Assembly: GCA_034506315.1 (NCBI GenBank)
Contig: JAPDPT010000001.1
Location: 128,295 to 192,294 of the forward strand
Source: Candidatus Zhuqueibacterota bacterium
GTDB lineage: Bacteria; Zhuqueibacterota; Zhuqueibacteria; Oleimicrobiales; Geothermoviventaceae
Direction: 5' to 3'
DNA: 64,000 bases
Of the stretch, positions 62,253-64,000 are shown in pieces (the first letter of the stretch is position 1; each line of letters opens with the position of its first letter). The translations under genes and the position numbers were made by a program. The notes under the pieces are model-generated. The model had not been told where the DNA came from. It made no database searches and was given only the letters and a program-made list of their open reading frames with translations.

Positions 62253-64000
<1,748 letters not shown>

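Overview
**Part 1 – what is in the window.** This is a dense, high-GC (about 65–68% by eye) bacterial chromosomal window with about 56 credible protein-coding genes. I found no rRNA, tRNA or CRISPR array. The organism looks like a diderm: the window holds Lol lipoprotein-sorting genes, outer-membrane beta-barrel-like proteins, and a secreted protein carrying a T9SS-type C-terminal sorting domain. Several starts are preceded by clear AGGAGG-type ribosome-binding sites. The supplied ORF track contains GTG/TTG-initiated ORFs printed with M, and many long antisense shadow ORFs that I rejected.

Gene content, in order:
- **1–7.8 kb:** exopolysaccharide/glycan locus (GT2 C-terminus, three GT4 glycosyltransferases, a FemAB/CelD-like acyltransferase candidate, and a secreted beta-helix+PKD protein).
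- **7.75–8.2 kb:** an orphan CheW gene, convergent with the last GT4.
- **8.4–12.8 kb:** a TIM-barrel hydrolase-like protein, an NhaC antiporter and an RDD membrane protein.
- **12.9–22.0 kb:** a minus-strand run of HAD hydrolase, tryptophanase/tyrosine phenol-lyase, HD phosphohydrolase, pdxJ, a YibQ-like deacetylase, a lipoprotein, a PAP2 phosphatase, an OM beta-barrel protein and an ABC-2 transporter.
- **22.3–23.5 kb:** a PmoA-family (DUF6807) protein behind a palindromic candidate operator.
- **23.6–26.8 kb:** a compact signalling module (small protein, 6-TM protein, PAS hybrid histidine kinase, membrane-anchored REC).
- **26.9–33.5 kb:** a GHL10 hydrolase, an M28 peptidase, a DUF4097 protein, a small membrane protein and a Zn-ribbon/Tudor-like protein.
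- **33.6–40.8 kb:** an SSB-like protein, gltBD (glutamate synthase), and a DUF5679 micro-protein.
- **41.1–48.8 kb:** ptsN, a DUF2007 protein, hisS, a TrmH methyltransferase, a CPBP protease, a SpoIID/LytB protein, nadB and a small membrane protein.
- **49.7–51.0 kb:** a T9SS-sorted beta-propeller protein, flanked by two ORF-free gaps of about 0.7–0.95 kb.
- **51.7–57.2 kb:** a small hypothetical (51664..51975), galT, acpS, nnr, vanZ, and two hypotheticals.
- **57.4–64.0 kb:** a collinear lysS–lolCE–lolD–mcsA–mcsB–clpC run ending in an intrinsic terminator.

**Part 2 – hunt.** No single locus is unambiguously a novel system. The best candidates for follow-up, in my judgement:
1. the compact signalling module at 23.6–26.8 kb, where a 6-TM protein overlaps the kinase start by 40 nt in a different frame;
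2. the Lol system linked in one apparent operon to the McsAB–ClpC arginine-phosphorylation module;
3. the two ORF-free gaps that bracket the T9SS-sorted propeller gene;
4. the SSB-like protein without an acidic tail, paired with a Zn-ribbon/Tudor protein.
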